Below are positions 27,773-39,324 of a stretch of DNA of 64,000 bases, in pieces. The notes beneath the pieces are model-generated. The model was given only the letters and a program-made list of their open reading frames with translations, did no database searches and had not been told where the DNA came from. Made by a program: the position numbers and the translations under genes. Position 1 is the first letter of the stretch; each line of letters starts with the position of its first letter. The stretch is from the NCBI GenBank assembly GCA_051313645.2, contig JBNRSN020000034.1, positions 23,808,001-23,872,000 on the forward strand, read 5' to 3'. The DNA comes from Centroscyllium fabricii. Its lineage: Eukaryota.

Positions 27773-29639
27773 TGGAAGGTTTAGTGTACTCACCGAGAGT
27801 AACTTTACGAGCTGCGAAGTAATGTTTTCATGCTGTGTGCAGCAAGGTGGATTGTGACAAAGAGCTAGATCTCACTGGCTGATGCTGGATATCTATTTAA
27901 TACAATTTCCCAGAAGCAGATTTCAACTCTGTTGCTGCCAATCGCTAAAGAAGTCACTGATCTACTGCTAATCTCGGTCAAACACCCAACAACCACAACT
28001 GAGTTTAAAGGGGTACCTCCACCATGTAAAATTAAATTAAAATCATGCTCAGGGAACCTTTTTTCCCCCTTATTAGCCCCGCCTCACTCATTGTAGCATG
28101 TCATTGGTTCTTAAATGATGCCAGGGACTTTTTGCCTCCACTACTCTATCTGGATGTCTAATCCATGCTGATCTAAGCGGAGTCATTAAACACTCTTTCT
28201 AGTTAATTGAATTTAAGTATATAACTTTAAGTAATTCAATGCAGTAGAATAGTAATTAAAGGAGCACCTTCGCGTAAAATTAGTTTGCAAACCATTTTTT
28301 CGAAGAGGGAGAAACACCAGGAGTCATCAGAATTGGCACAATGATGCATTTTAATGCAGTTTACACTATTGTATCACATGATCGTGAACAAACAAACCAG
28401 GGAAAAAAATTGGGGCCAAACACCTTTTGCATGAAGAGAGCAGCCCTTTAAATGAATGCCACCAAGTGAATACCCTGTGCTGAAATGGATTTGAGGCTAA
28501 AACGAGGACAAAGGGAAGAGGCAGAATGGCCTATAACTAAAATCTAAATGGGAACACTGCGCCATTTCAGAGGCTGGGCACACATGAAGTACTCAAGAAG
28601 CTTAAGGGTTAAACCACAGACTGTCAGTCAGATAATCTTTCCTATTGGAGAGATGGCCTCAACAATACATGGCTCCATAAAATCCTATGCTCTCAGAGGT
28701 ATTACATGGCATAAAATGCTAATTCAGGTTATTATAGACAGGCTTTTATTAAATATAACTATGCCCCAGTTGTTTAAAAGCTTTGCAAATTTGATTGTTT
28801 TATGAGTGCGGTGTAAATGTCATCTCAAGCTTTGAAGCACTAGGCAGACAATCAGAACTCTTGCAAGACTGATCTGAGTCGATCAAAGGCCAGGCGCTGA
28901 GGGAATTGCTGGGAAAACATGGAGGAGCGATAAAAATCTAACAGATTAATTGGTTTAAATTTCATTTCGGGATGTTGAACTTTGGCTCGAGATCCTAATG
29001 CCGTTTCTGTAAGTCAGGGTCTAGTTACTAGAATTCCAATTTTCCTGCACACAAACTAGAGAGGGTGGAGGGGTCGGGGTGGGGGGAAGGCACAAGGGAA
29101 GGGCTGAGCCGCCGCAGCCCACAGCATACATTTTACATCCAATATCATCTGTCGACATGATGTCAACCGGAGATCTTTTTAACCCTGCGTTGTCTCCAGA
29201 GTGTTCTGCATTTGTATCGGCCATTAGCTGGGGGTGACTGCATTAGCGGAGTGAGCTGGTGGCCAATGGGGCTCAGACAGGCCTGACAAAGCACTGTCAA
29301 CATCCGGGCGAAGGCAAGGCAGTCAATTTAGTGGCTTCGCTCTTAAATGGCTCTTCGAATCAGTACAGCGAGTCTACTTTCCTCAGGAGTCCGTAAGAAT
29401 TGGGACTTTTTTTTAACTTGATAAGGCTTTCTTTTTTTTGTTGCCAGCTTGCCCTCCATCTCTCCAGCTGGCACTGGCTCACCCTGGGAAGTGTTTTTTG
29501 TACATATCACCCAGACCCCAGTACCTCACCTGAGAGACAACTCCTCATGGGAGAGCCTAGACAGTGAATGTCAGCAGACTAGTCCATCAATGGGCAAGGG
29601 GAGCGGGGATTGCACCCAAAAACCAAGTCTTCATAAAGG

Positions 29640-30118
29640 GTGTCAAGGTCTTGGAGCGGGTGCAGGGGAGAGTTACCAGAATGGTGCTGGGGATGAGGGG
29701 TTTCAGTTATGTGGGGAGACTGGAGAAGCTGGGATTGTTCTCCATAGAGCAGAGAAGGTTAAGGGGAGATTTAATAGAGGTGTTGAAAATTATGAAGGGT
29801 TTTGATAGAGTGGGTAAGGAGAAACTGTTTCCTCTGGCAGGAGGGCACCGAATTAAAATAATTGGCAAGAAATCAAGCATAAGACGAGGAGAATTTTTTT
29901 TATACCGCAAGTTATTATGATCTGCCTGATAGGGCGGTGGAAGCAGATTCAATAATAACTTTCAAATGAGAATTGGATAAATACTTGAAAAGGAAAAATT
30001 TGCAGGGCTATTGGGAAAGAGCAGGGGGAGTAGGTCTAATTGGGTGGCTCTTTCAGAGAGCCATCACAGGCACAGATGGGCTAAATGGCCTCCTTCTGTG
30101 CTGTATGGTTCTGTGATT
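29640..30118 (+). mobile_element. CR1 LINE 3' fragment
   Basis: LERVQGRVTRMVLGMRGFSYVGRLEKLGLFSIEQRRLRGDLIEV plus CR1 3' UTR. Confidence 0.88.
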
Positions 30119-30789
30119 CATGGGCAAGGGAGGGGCATCACAGCCCAGCCTGAGCCTATTCTCACCCAAATGGCAACTCTTCATGCGACAGCCTGGACAG
30201 TGAATGTCAGCAGGTTATTCCATCGATGGGATGGGTGGTGGGGGAGGCATCACAGCGGAGCTTGCTCCTGTCTTCACGTGTGCACTTTCCATCAGCTATA
30301 GGGGATCAGTGGACAGGGATGAGGGCTGGGAACCATGAGTTGATTTTCCTTCGTTTCCCGAAAACCCCAACAGAAATAACAAATTTGAGGCATCGGATAC
30401 AATCAGCGGGATGCGAGGACAATCTCATCTTTAGATGTAAACACAAATCATGACCATTTGCAGCCCCGATTTTGTACCTGATTCTGCAATTTGAGAAACC
30501 GTGGCCTGAAATTTTATTCTAAATGAATGGCAATCAGAATGTGCTAGAAAAGTATAGCAGGTCAGTCAGCATTTGCAAGAGACTGATTTGCGTCTCGGGT
30601 GGCTCTCTTGGTCAGACTTTTCATCGCTCTTCACTCCACTGCTGTGGAATTCCAATACTTTCAGCTTTTATAGAGTTCAACAATTTTAGATCATAACCTC
30701 GGCCCCTACCACACTTTTTTATATATATATATTTTCTCTCTTTTTTCAATCCACACTTTTGTCTTGGCTTTTTTCTTTACTCTGCCAGA

Positions 30790-31035
30790 GCCGTTCACAC
30801 CTATCCAGAGCCATCCTGTGTTCCTTGAATTTCTCCCGATGTCTCTTATCTCCCCCGCCATCTAGCCTGTCGCTGTTCTTTTGGCTCCCCCTCCCCCTTT
30901 CCACAGCCCCTACTAGCTTTAAAATCTATCCCCCCTTCCGATTTCTCCAGTTCTGAAGAAAGGTCATCGACCTGAAACGTTAACTCTGTTTCTCTCTCCA
31001 CCGATGCTGCCTGGCCTGCTGAGTTTCTCCAGCGT
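30790..31035 (+). mobile_element. Penelope-type fragment with hammerhead ribozyme (30949-30985)
   Basis: agtt-CTGAAGA-a-AGGTC-atc-GACCT-GAAAC-GTTA-act; homologous to 13594-13913. Confidence 0.78.
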
Positions 31036-31439
31036 TTTCTGTTGTTCTTTCAGCTTTTAACATCAGAGCTCCAGCACTGGTAGTGTTTTATCTCTGGCAA
31101 AGCCCTCGTGTCTGAGGGAAAGTGGCTGCAGATTCTGAACCAAACTGAGACTTTCAGATTGAAGGCTGTGGCAATCCCATTAAATGTTTTACTGAAACAT
31201 TAGAAGCTGTCGCAGAAGGAAGAGTGAGAGAGAGAAAAAAAAGTCCCTGAGACACTGTACACTTTTTCATAAGTTTGCTGAAAGGGCCCATTTACATACG
31301 TGCTCTCCCGCCCAGTCACTCGCACAGAAATGTTGAAATGTATTCAATAATTTTTAAAAATGCATTGACTAATATAAAAATCCGATTTAGCGTTGGTCCC
31401 AGGCGAGAGAGGTGGTTTGGCTCGGAATATTGCTTTTAA

Positions 31440-31560
31440 GGGGATCGGGTGGTGCAATTGGTTAGACGGGGGACCTTCCATCTTTAGGATTCAGGTTCGA
31501 ATCTAGCCCTGACCGATGGGCTGAAAGCTAGCTCTGTCTGCTGGCTGGGAAGATCCTATG
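31440..31560 (+). mobile_element. tRNA-derived SINE head (LF-SINE-like)
   Basis: A box ggtggtgcaattgg, ccttccatct, B box GGTTCGAATCT, then agccctgaccgatggg. Confidence 0.55.
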
Positions 31561-31714
31561 TGAAATAAAAACAGAAAATGCTGGAAATACCTCACCGGCT
31601 CTTATGAAAGGTCATCTACCTGAAACATTAACTCTGTTTCTCGCTGCCTGACCTGCTGAGCATTTTCTGTTTTTATTTCAGATTTCCAGCATCCGCAGTA
31701 TTTTGCTTTTGTAT
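31561..31714. mobile_element. Penelope-type inverted-repeat mini element with degenerate hammerhead
   Basis: 22-bp inverted repeat tgaaataaaaacagaaaatgct / agcattttctgtttttatttca surrounds ttatgaaaggtcatctacctgaaacattaact. Confidence 0.7.
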
Positions 31715-32001
31715 TAAGGTCTTAGTGAAATGAGTGCAGGCTTATGGCACAGAACTTCACCTAATTTGGCACTCCAAAAGATGGTTGATGTGGGGAATGG
31801 GGGAAATGCTCTTCTGAGATTGAAGGACATTTTTGGGCCGGAGTAGAAAGAGCTGAACTCTGCATCTAACTGACTAGGAGTGCTTGATGCTGACAATGGA
31901 AAGCACCCTATGAGGAAATCTTCCAGGGTGAAAGAGGCCACCTTTGTAGAAAATTGGAAGAGCTTGGAATGGCCTTACACAATGGTTTACATTAATTTAT
32001 C

Positions 32002-32800
32002 TATAAGATAAGATAAGATTCAATTTATTGTCATTGTAAAGTGAACATACACAAAACAACGAAATGCAAACATGCAATCTCCCAAATTATTAAATGTCCT
32101 TGGTCCCAGTCTGATCCTTTCCATCCCACCAGGCGCTGCAGCCACGATGCGCCCGGTGCCGGCCACGCAGGCCCTGGCGCTCCAGCCACGACGGCTTCAC
32201 CGAGCCCGACGGCCCCACGGCTCTCCGAGGCCCACGGCCCCACGGCTCTCCGAGGCCCACGGCCCGACGACTCTTCGAGCCCCACGGCTCTCCGAGGCCC
32301 ACGGCCCGACGACTCTTCGAGCCCCACGGCTCTCTGAGGCCCACGGCCCGACGACTCTTCGAGCCCCACGGCTCTCTGAGGCCCACGCCCCGACGACTCT
32401 TCGAGCCCCATGGCTCTCTGAGGCCCACGGCCCGACGACTCTTCGAGCCCCACGGCTCTCCGAGGCCCACGGCCCGACGACTCTTCGAGCCCCACGGCTC
32501 TCCGAGGCCCACGGCCCGACGACTCCTCGAGCCCCACGGCTCTCCGAGGCCCACGGCCCGACGGCCCGATGACTCTTCGAGCCCCACGGCTCTCCGAGGC
32601 CCACGGCCCCACGAGGCCCAACGACTCTTCGATCCCGCTCTCAGCACTCCGACGACCGCGACGGCTTGTTCAGCACCGGTGCCCCGATTAAGGAGCACCG
32701 GTGCTCCACTCCACCGACCCCGCCGTCCTCTCCAGGAACAGTGCGGGAGCCAGGGACATTAAAAAAACGGGAGACGCAGGATGGCTCTGGAGGAGATGTG
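32002..32800 (-). mobile_element. CpG-rich non-coding retroelement with Rex1/Babar-like 3' end and internal 33-bp tandem array (about 32200-32630)
   Basis: Minus strand ends ...ACAATGACAATAAATTGAA(TCTTA)n; internal unit gccccacggctctccgaggcccacggcccgacgactcttcga and variants. Confidence 0.6.
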
Positions 32801-33090
32801 TTTCACACATCTAGAGCCAGCCTGTGTTCCTTGAATTTCTCTTAATGTCTCTCAATGCCTTCTATCCTGTCACTGACCTTCCCTTTGTTCTTTCAGCCCC
32901 TCCCCCTTTCCCCAGCCCCCACCAGCTATTAAATCTATCCCCTCTCCTGGTTTCTCCAGTTCTGAAGAAAGGTCATCGACCTGAACCGTTAACTCTGTTT
33001 CTCTCTCCACCGATGCTGCCTGGCCTGCTGAGTTTTTCCAGCGTTTTCTGTTGTTATTTTGGATTTGCAGCATCCACTGTATTTTGCTAT
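32801..33090 (+). mobile_element. Penelope-type fragment with mutated hammerhead (32958-32994, GAAA>GAAC)
   Basis: Homologous to 13594-13913 and 30790-31035. Confidence 0.78.
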
Positions 33091-34725
33091 CACGCTAGCC
33101 CAGCGAACTCAGCACAGACTGGGAATCAAACCTGTAAACTCTGTGTAGTAGACCAGGCTGGTTAACCTGGCCTTTACAGTACATGTTCGAGACATGACAT
33201 GTAGTAAGTGTAGCATACTTGGGAAGAACATGCGACTTTGGATCTATGATTCCCAAAGCTCTCCATCAATTGGAGATTGATTGCTATGAATAGTCATTAT
33301 CACTGTATTATGCGACTACCTGGATGGTAGAAGGCTAACTAGATGGACCTTCCTCTCTGTTTTTGTCTAGCAGTCCCTATGTTTCCACCCATTAGGCGCC
33401 ATAAGCTATTCTAAGACTAACGTAAGCTGGCAGTGCCCTGCTATTATAAAACCACTGTCTTATCACATGGCTAACTGCAGTTTCCTCGTGATTTGCAGTC
33501 TAGAAAGAAAGGCCAAGCAGCACAGTCAGTGCTCAGGATTTACCTTTCTCAAAGAGGGATTCAAAGCCGGTTATGAGGCTTGATAAAACCACGCGCAGCA
33601 GCTAAATTTAGACAAGATCAGCTGAAAATCTCCACTGCTGCCCCTTTTTTTGTTATGTGTCTTTGCCATGGGTCAAGTCTGCAGGGTCACTGCTCAGCCC
33701 ATGTGGCAATGCAACACCTGAGCTGGCTACAAGCAAAGGCCACATGAATCATCTGCGTGGCCGAATCGAATTTCCATGGTTTTTAAAAGGTGCATTTAGC
33801 CCCTGGTGAGGCCCGAGCCTCAAGTTCCAACATACAACTCAGTCCTGACAGACTCTCCTTTTGATGGATTGCTGCCATCCTGCATGCACTATCACTACCG
33901 GTGATAGTATTGCTCATTCCAAGTGCTTCACTGTGTTAATATAATAGTGTCTAGCTGAAGCATTAACTTTTTTCGACACCCATCCCCTCTACCCCCGCCC
34001 CCCACCCCATGCCTTCCCCTGATGGCACTGCCACCTGGCTGGCTGTGGTTCCCCAATGACCATCTGTCCTCTGGTGGCACATGAATGAACCTAAAAAGTG
34101 AGTGCTGGGCCATTCGACCATGGGGGCCATCAAAATTGAGTCCAATCCTGTTTTCACCCGACATCCAAACACACATTTTCTCACAGGGGAGGGGCGTGTC
34201 ACTGGATAGCAATCAGCAGTGAGGATCCTGACTGAATTTTCACCTCTGTAACTCAAAGGCACCAAGGGACAATTGCATTACCCCAACTTCTGCCCCAGCT
34301 AAGATCAGCTAACAGCACTGACTGGGGATGAAACATGGGACCCTCCTGGTCTATACAGGCCACTTTCTCACTGGCACTGCATTTACCCTTTGATTTTGTC
34401 CTTATTTTGATGACAGTTCCCCATCCTCAGCTCTTCCTCCTCTCCTGAAGGCATTGACTGCTTGATGGGGTACATATTCATGGGCACAGACCTCTCCCCA
34501 AAACCTAGTTGCTGGACCTCCCTCTCTGCATGGCTCAGCTATTCATTTCCTTAACTGACTGAGTGATCAGAGCATTTAGTTCATTTTTCTTTGAAGAAGA
34601 GAGTTTATTGCGTCTGTCCCTGTGTAAGACCTTCATTTGACTCAGACTGCTGAGGAGGGATGGGGTTGGGTGGGATCAGATAAGATGGGATAGGATGGTG
34701 TCTGCTTGGTAGAGGATGGGGTGGG

Positions 34726-35002
34726 TGACGTATTGTCAATTTGTCTTAATAAAAGACTAGACGAGTAGTTACCGTAACTATAGGCTTTTATTAACTTACT
34801 TTGGAGCTACCCTCCGAACGAACATCAGAACAGAATGAGGGAGCCCCGGTCAGTCCTCACCTATAAAGGCCTCACCTGGGGGAGGAGTTAGAGGTGTGGC
34901 TGACCTGGCTCCACGACAGTGTTACAAAGCGGTGTATCATACAAAGCCAATGTTGGCGACAATGTTACAGTGGTAATCGTATATACAATATGGGTTACCA
35001 CA
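34726..35002 (-). repeat. 3' LTR
   Basis: Direct repeat of 39325-39601, preceded on the minus strand by purine-rich AAGAAATGGTGAA (PPT-like). Confidence 0.97.
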
Positions 35003-35076
35003 TTCACCATTTCTTGAAAATTTTAAGTCCGGCGGGGTGAATGGACAGAGCAGTTCAATATGAGCTTGTCCGGCGG

Positions 35077-38000
35077 TCATGTCAGCCTGGAGGACCGCCG
35101 GGGCTCCGATAAAGGTTCATCGTGTTCCGTACTGCTCGAGTCCGGTGGTGGTGACAGCGGCTCTGGTGCCGTGATTTTGGATGCTGGTGGTCTCAATTGG
35201 TCCGAGCCATCGGAATGGTGGTCTTGGGCTGGCCACGGCTGGGGCTCTGGCAACCTCGGAGGCCATCGTAGATGTAGGGGGTGTTCTAGATACTGTGGCT
35301 GGGCGGGCTGCTGCCCGACCAGGGGCTCTGCTGTGGTGCTCCCGGCGGGCGGCAGGTCCCTGATGGATACGGTGTCCTCGCGCCCGTCCGGGAACTGCAC
35401 GAAGGCATATTGCGGATTCGCGTGCAGGAGCTGCACCTTGTCCACCAGGGGGTCGGTCTTGTGGCCACGGACGTGTCTCCTAAGGAAGACCGGCCCCGGT
35501 GTCGTGAGCCATGGAGGAAGAGCTGTCCCAGAAGTCGGCTTCCTGGGGAAGGAAAAAATCAAGTCATGAGGGGTGGCGTTAGTGGCTGTGCACAGGAGAG
35601 AGCGTATTGAATGCAGTGCATCTGGGAGGACTGCCTGCCAATGGGCCACTGGAAGGCCTCTGGACTTCAGGGCCAGGGTGACCGCCTTCCAGATGATCCC
35701 ATTCTCCCTTTCTACCTGGCCGTTCCCCCGGGGGTTATAACTGGTCATTCTGCTCGTGGCAACCCCTTTCTGGAGCAGAAACTGACGCAGTTCATCGCTC
35801 ATGAAAGATGACCCCCGGTCGCTATGGATGTAGCTGGGGAGACCGAAAATGGCGAACAGCGTGGTGAAGTGTTTTATCACCGTTGCGCTCGTCATATCTG
35901 CGCAGGGGAAGGCGAAGGGGAAGCGGAGAACTCATCTACGACCGTGAGGAAGTATGAGTTGCGGTCGGTGGTGGGGAGGGGGCCTTTGAAGTCCACGCTT
36001 AGACGTTCAAAGGGGCGGGTGGCCTTAATGAGGTGCACCGTGTCTGGCCGGAAAAATTGGGGTTTGCACTCGGCGCAAACAGGTCACTCTCGGGTCATAG
36101 CCTTGATCTCCGTGATGGAGTAGGGAAGGCTACGGGATCTAACAAAGTGGGCGAGTCTGGTGACACCCGGGTGGCAAAGGCGGTCGTGGAGGTCCTTCAG
36201 CCGGTCTAGCTGGGCACTGGCGCACGTTCCCCTGGACAGTGCATCCAGGGGTTCATTGAGTTTACCTGGTCGGTAAAGAATGTCGTACTCATAAGTCGAG
36301 AGTTCGATCCGCCACCGCAGGATCTTATCATTCTTGATCTTACCCTTCTGTTTATTATTAAACATAAACGCCACCGACCGTTGGTCGGTGAGAAGGGTAA
36401 AACGCTTACCGGCCAGGTAATGACGCCAGTAGCGCACGGCCTCCACGATGGCCTGGGCCTCCTTTTCCACTGCAGAGTGGCGAGTTTCGGGTCCCTGTAG
36501 GGTGCGGGAGAAAAACGCTATGGGCCTGCCTGCCTGATTCAGGGTGGCAGCCAGGGCAAATTCCGGAGCGTCGCTCTCCACCTGGAAGGGAATGGATTCA
36601 TCAACAGCGAGCATGGTCGCCTTGATAATGTCTTCCTTTATCCGGGCGAATGCCGTTTGGGCTTCTACCGAGAGGGGGAAGATGGCAGCCTTGAGGAGTG
36701 GTCTAGCCTTGTCCGCGAACTGTGGGACCCATTGTGCGTAGTAGGAGAAAAATCCTAGGCATCTCCTCAAGGCTTTAGGGTTGTGAGGTAGGGGCAGTTC
36801 TTGTAGGGGGCGCACACGCTGTGGGTCGGGGCCGAGGACCCCGTTCTCCACCACGTATCCGAGGATGGCGAGCCGGTCTGTATTAAAGACACATTTGTCC
36901 TTGTTATACGTAAGGTCCAGCTTATCCGCCGTGTCAAGGAATTTGGCCAGATTGGCATCGTGGTCCTGCTGGTCGTGGCCGCAGATGGTCACGTTGTCCA
37001 GGTAAGGGAAAGTGGCCCGCAACTCGTTCTGGTCAACCATGCGGTCCATCTCCCGTTGGAACACTGACACTCCGTTGGTCATGCCGAAGGGGACCCGGAG
37101 GAAGTGGTAGAGCCGACCGTTCGCCTCGAAGGCGGTGTATGGGCGGTCGGCTTTCCGGATCGGGAATTGGTCATACGCCGACTTAAGGTCGATTGTGGAG
37201 AACACCTTGTATTGGGCGATCTGATTGACCATGTCCGAGATGCGGGGGAGGGGGTAGGCGTCGAGCCCGGTGTAGCGGTTGATAGTCTGGCTGTAATCGA
37301 TAACCAGCCGCTGTTTCTCGCCAGGCTTCACCACTACTACCTGGGCCCGCCAGGGGCTGGTGCTGGCTTCAATTATCCCCTCCTTCAGCATACGCCCAAC
37401 CTCCGACCTGATAAACGTGCGATCCCCCACACTGTACCGCCGACTCTTTGTAGCAATAGGTTTGCACTTGGGGTCGAGGTTGGCGAACAGTGAGGGGGGG
37501 TCGATTTTCAGGGTGGAGAGGCCGCAGGCCGGGCTCCGCTTTGGGAAGGGACTGTCCCGGCTACTGACGGTGAAGGGGGGGCAAGGTCCCGCCGAACTCC
37601 ATTGTCACGCTCTTGAGGTGGCACTGGAAATCCAGACCTAGTAAGGCTGGGGCACACAACTGCTTGAGGGTGTACAATTTAAAATTACGGTACACGCAAC
37701 CCTTGACCGTGAGCGTGACGGAGCAGTAGCCGGTGACGTCCGCGGTGTGGGACTTTGAAGCAAGGGAGACTTGGTAGTTCGTGGGCAGGATCTGCAGTCC
37801 ATAGTGGTGCGCTGTATCGGGGTGTATGAACCTCTCTGTGCTTCCAGTGTCAAACAGGCAATTGGTAATATGGCCGTTAATTTTAATCGGCATGATTGAG
37901 TTAGAAAGGTTGTGTGGCCTAGCCTGGTCCACTTTGGGTATGGCTGAGGCCGAAGTGTGCCTTTGTGTGTGGGGGCCCCCTGCTGGTTGGGGCCGTACAC

Positions 38001-39299
38001 AAAATGGCAGCGCCCCTGGCTCGCACATGGTGGGGCCCTGGAGACAAAATGGTGGCGCCCCTGGCTCGCACATGGTGGGGCCCTGGAGACAAAATGGCGG
38101 CGCCGAGGGGTCGCACATGGCGGGCCGCTGGAGACAAGATGGCGGCTCCGGGGGTCGCACATGGTGGGCCGCTGGAGGCGAGATGGCGGCGCCCGTGGTT
38201 CGCACGCGGCTGACCGCTGTGAGCGCGCTGGCGGCGCCCGTGGTTTGCACGCAGCGGGCCGCGGTGACTGGGTTGGCGGTGCCCATGGTTCGCATGCAGC
38301 GAGCCGCGGTGGTTGAGTTGGCGGTGCCCGTGATTCGCACACAGCGGGCCGCACTGGGTCTGCCGCTGGCGTTGGGGGGTCGCGCTTGGCCGGCCTTTGC
38401 TGCATCAGGGTGGGAGATGGGGGCGCTTTCCTTCTACCCCCGGACCGTCGCTGGATCGCGCTGCTATTGCAGCTTACCTGAGGTCTGACGGAGCTTTCAC
38501 AGGCTGCGCTGTTGTACCTGGAGTTGGGCGCTGCTGGTGCTGATCTGCAGGCCTTCGCATAGTGTCCCTTTTTGGAGCACCTCTCACAGGTCGCGGTCCT
38601 CGCTGGGCATCTCGCTCGTGGGTGCAGTCCCTGGCCGCAGAAATAGCACCGTTTGTCCTTTGCGGCTGTCGCAGCCATCGTGGGGGTCTCGACCCATTGT
38701 GGTGCTGCCCAGGCCTGGGCCCGTTGTGGCGCGGCCCACATGTCGTAGGCCTGCGGGTTTGTGCCGCTGTACGCCTGCAGCTTATTGCGTGCTCCTTCAA
38801 CGGAGTTAGCTATGGAGATCGCCTCCTCAAGAGTCAAAGAGTCCTTTTCGAGCAGCCGCTGGCGGGCTTCCACGCACCTCAGGCCAGTTACATATGCATC
38901 TCGGATGAGGAGATTCGCCTCCTCTTCTGCTGTCCGGGCTTGGCAGCCACAGACCCGTACCAGGGCCTGGAGCGCTTGCTCAAACTGTTCATTAGTCTCA
39001 CCCGGTAGTTGTGGTCTGGTCGCGAGCACATGTCTGGCGTAGACCTAATGGACCGGGCGCTCGTAGCCTTTCCTCAGCTTTTCCACTGCCCCTGGGTAGG
39101 TTTTGGTGTCTCGGATGAGGGAGAATACTTGGCTGGAGATCCTAGACCGGAGAACCTGCAATTTGTTCTCGTCGGTTGTAGCCTTGGCGGCGTCCATATA
39201 GGCCTCCAGGAGACCGAACCAGTGTTCGAACGTGGTGGCGGCGGCTGGGTCCTGTGGACTGATGTCCAGCTTCTCTGGCTTTACCGCACCGCTCTCCAT
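35077..39299 (-). pseudogene. Disrupted gag-pol polyprotein
   Basis: Gag with two CCHC knuckles (CYFCGQGLHPRARC; CERCSKKGHYAKAC), protease LFDTGS, RT (LDAYPLPRI, VPFGMTN, YLDN), RNase H (VESDA, EKEAQA, LLTDQ), integrase HHCC and D,D35E. Stops at 39045 and 36084; frameshifts near 38150, 37573 and 35925. Confidence 0.93.
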
Positions 39300-39324
39300 T
39301 TCAAAATTTTTAAGTTAATAAAAT

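Noticed and set aside
32031-32698. Repetitive 135-202 aa ORFs
   Set aside because: GC-rich tandem array open in many frames.
35060-35569. Antisense ORFs within the Gypsy element (possible env or accessory gene)
   Set aside because: Shadow frames of GC-rich integrase/gag sequence with no recognisable domain; no room for env before the 3' LTR.
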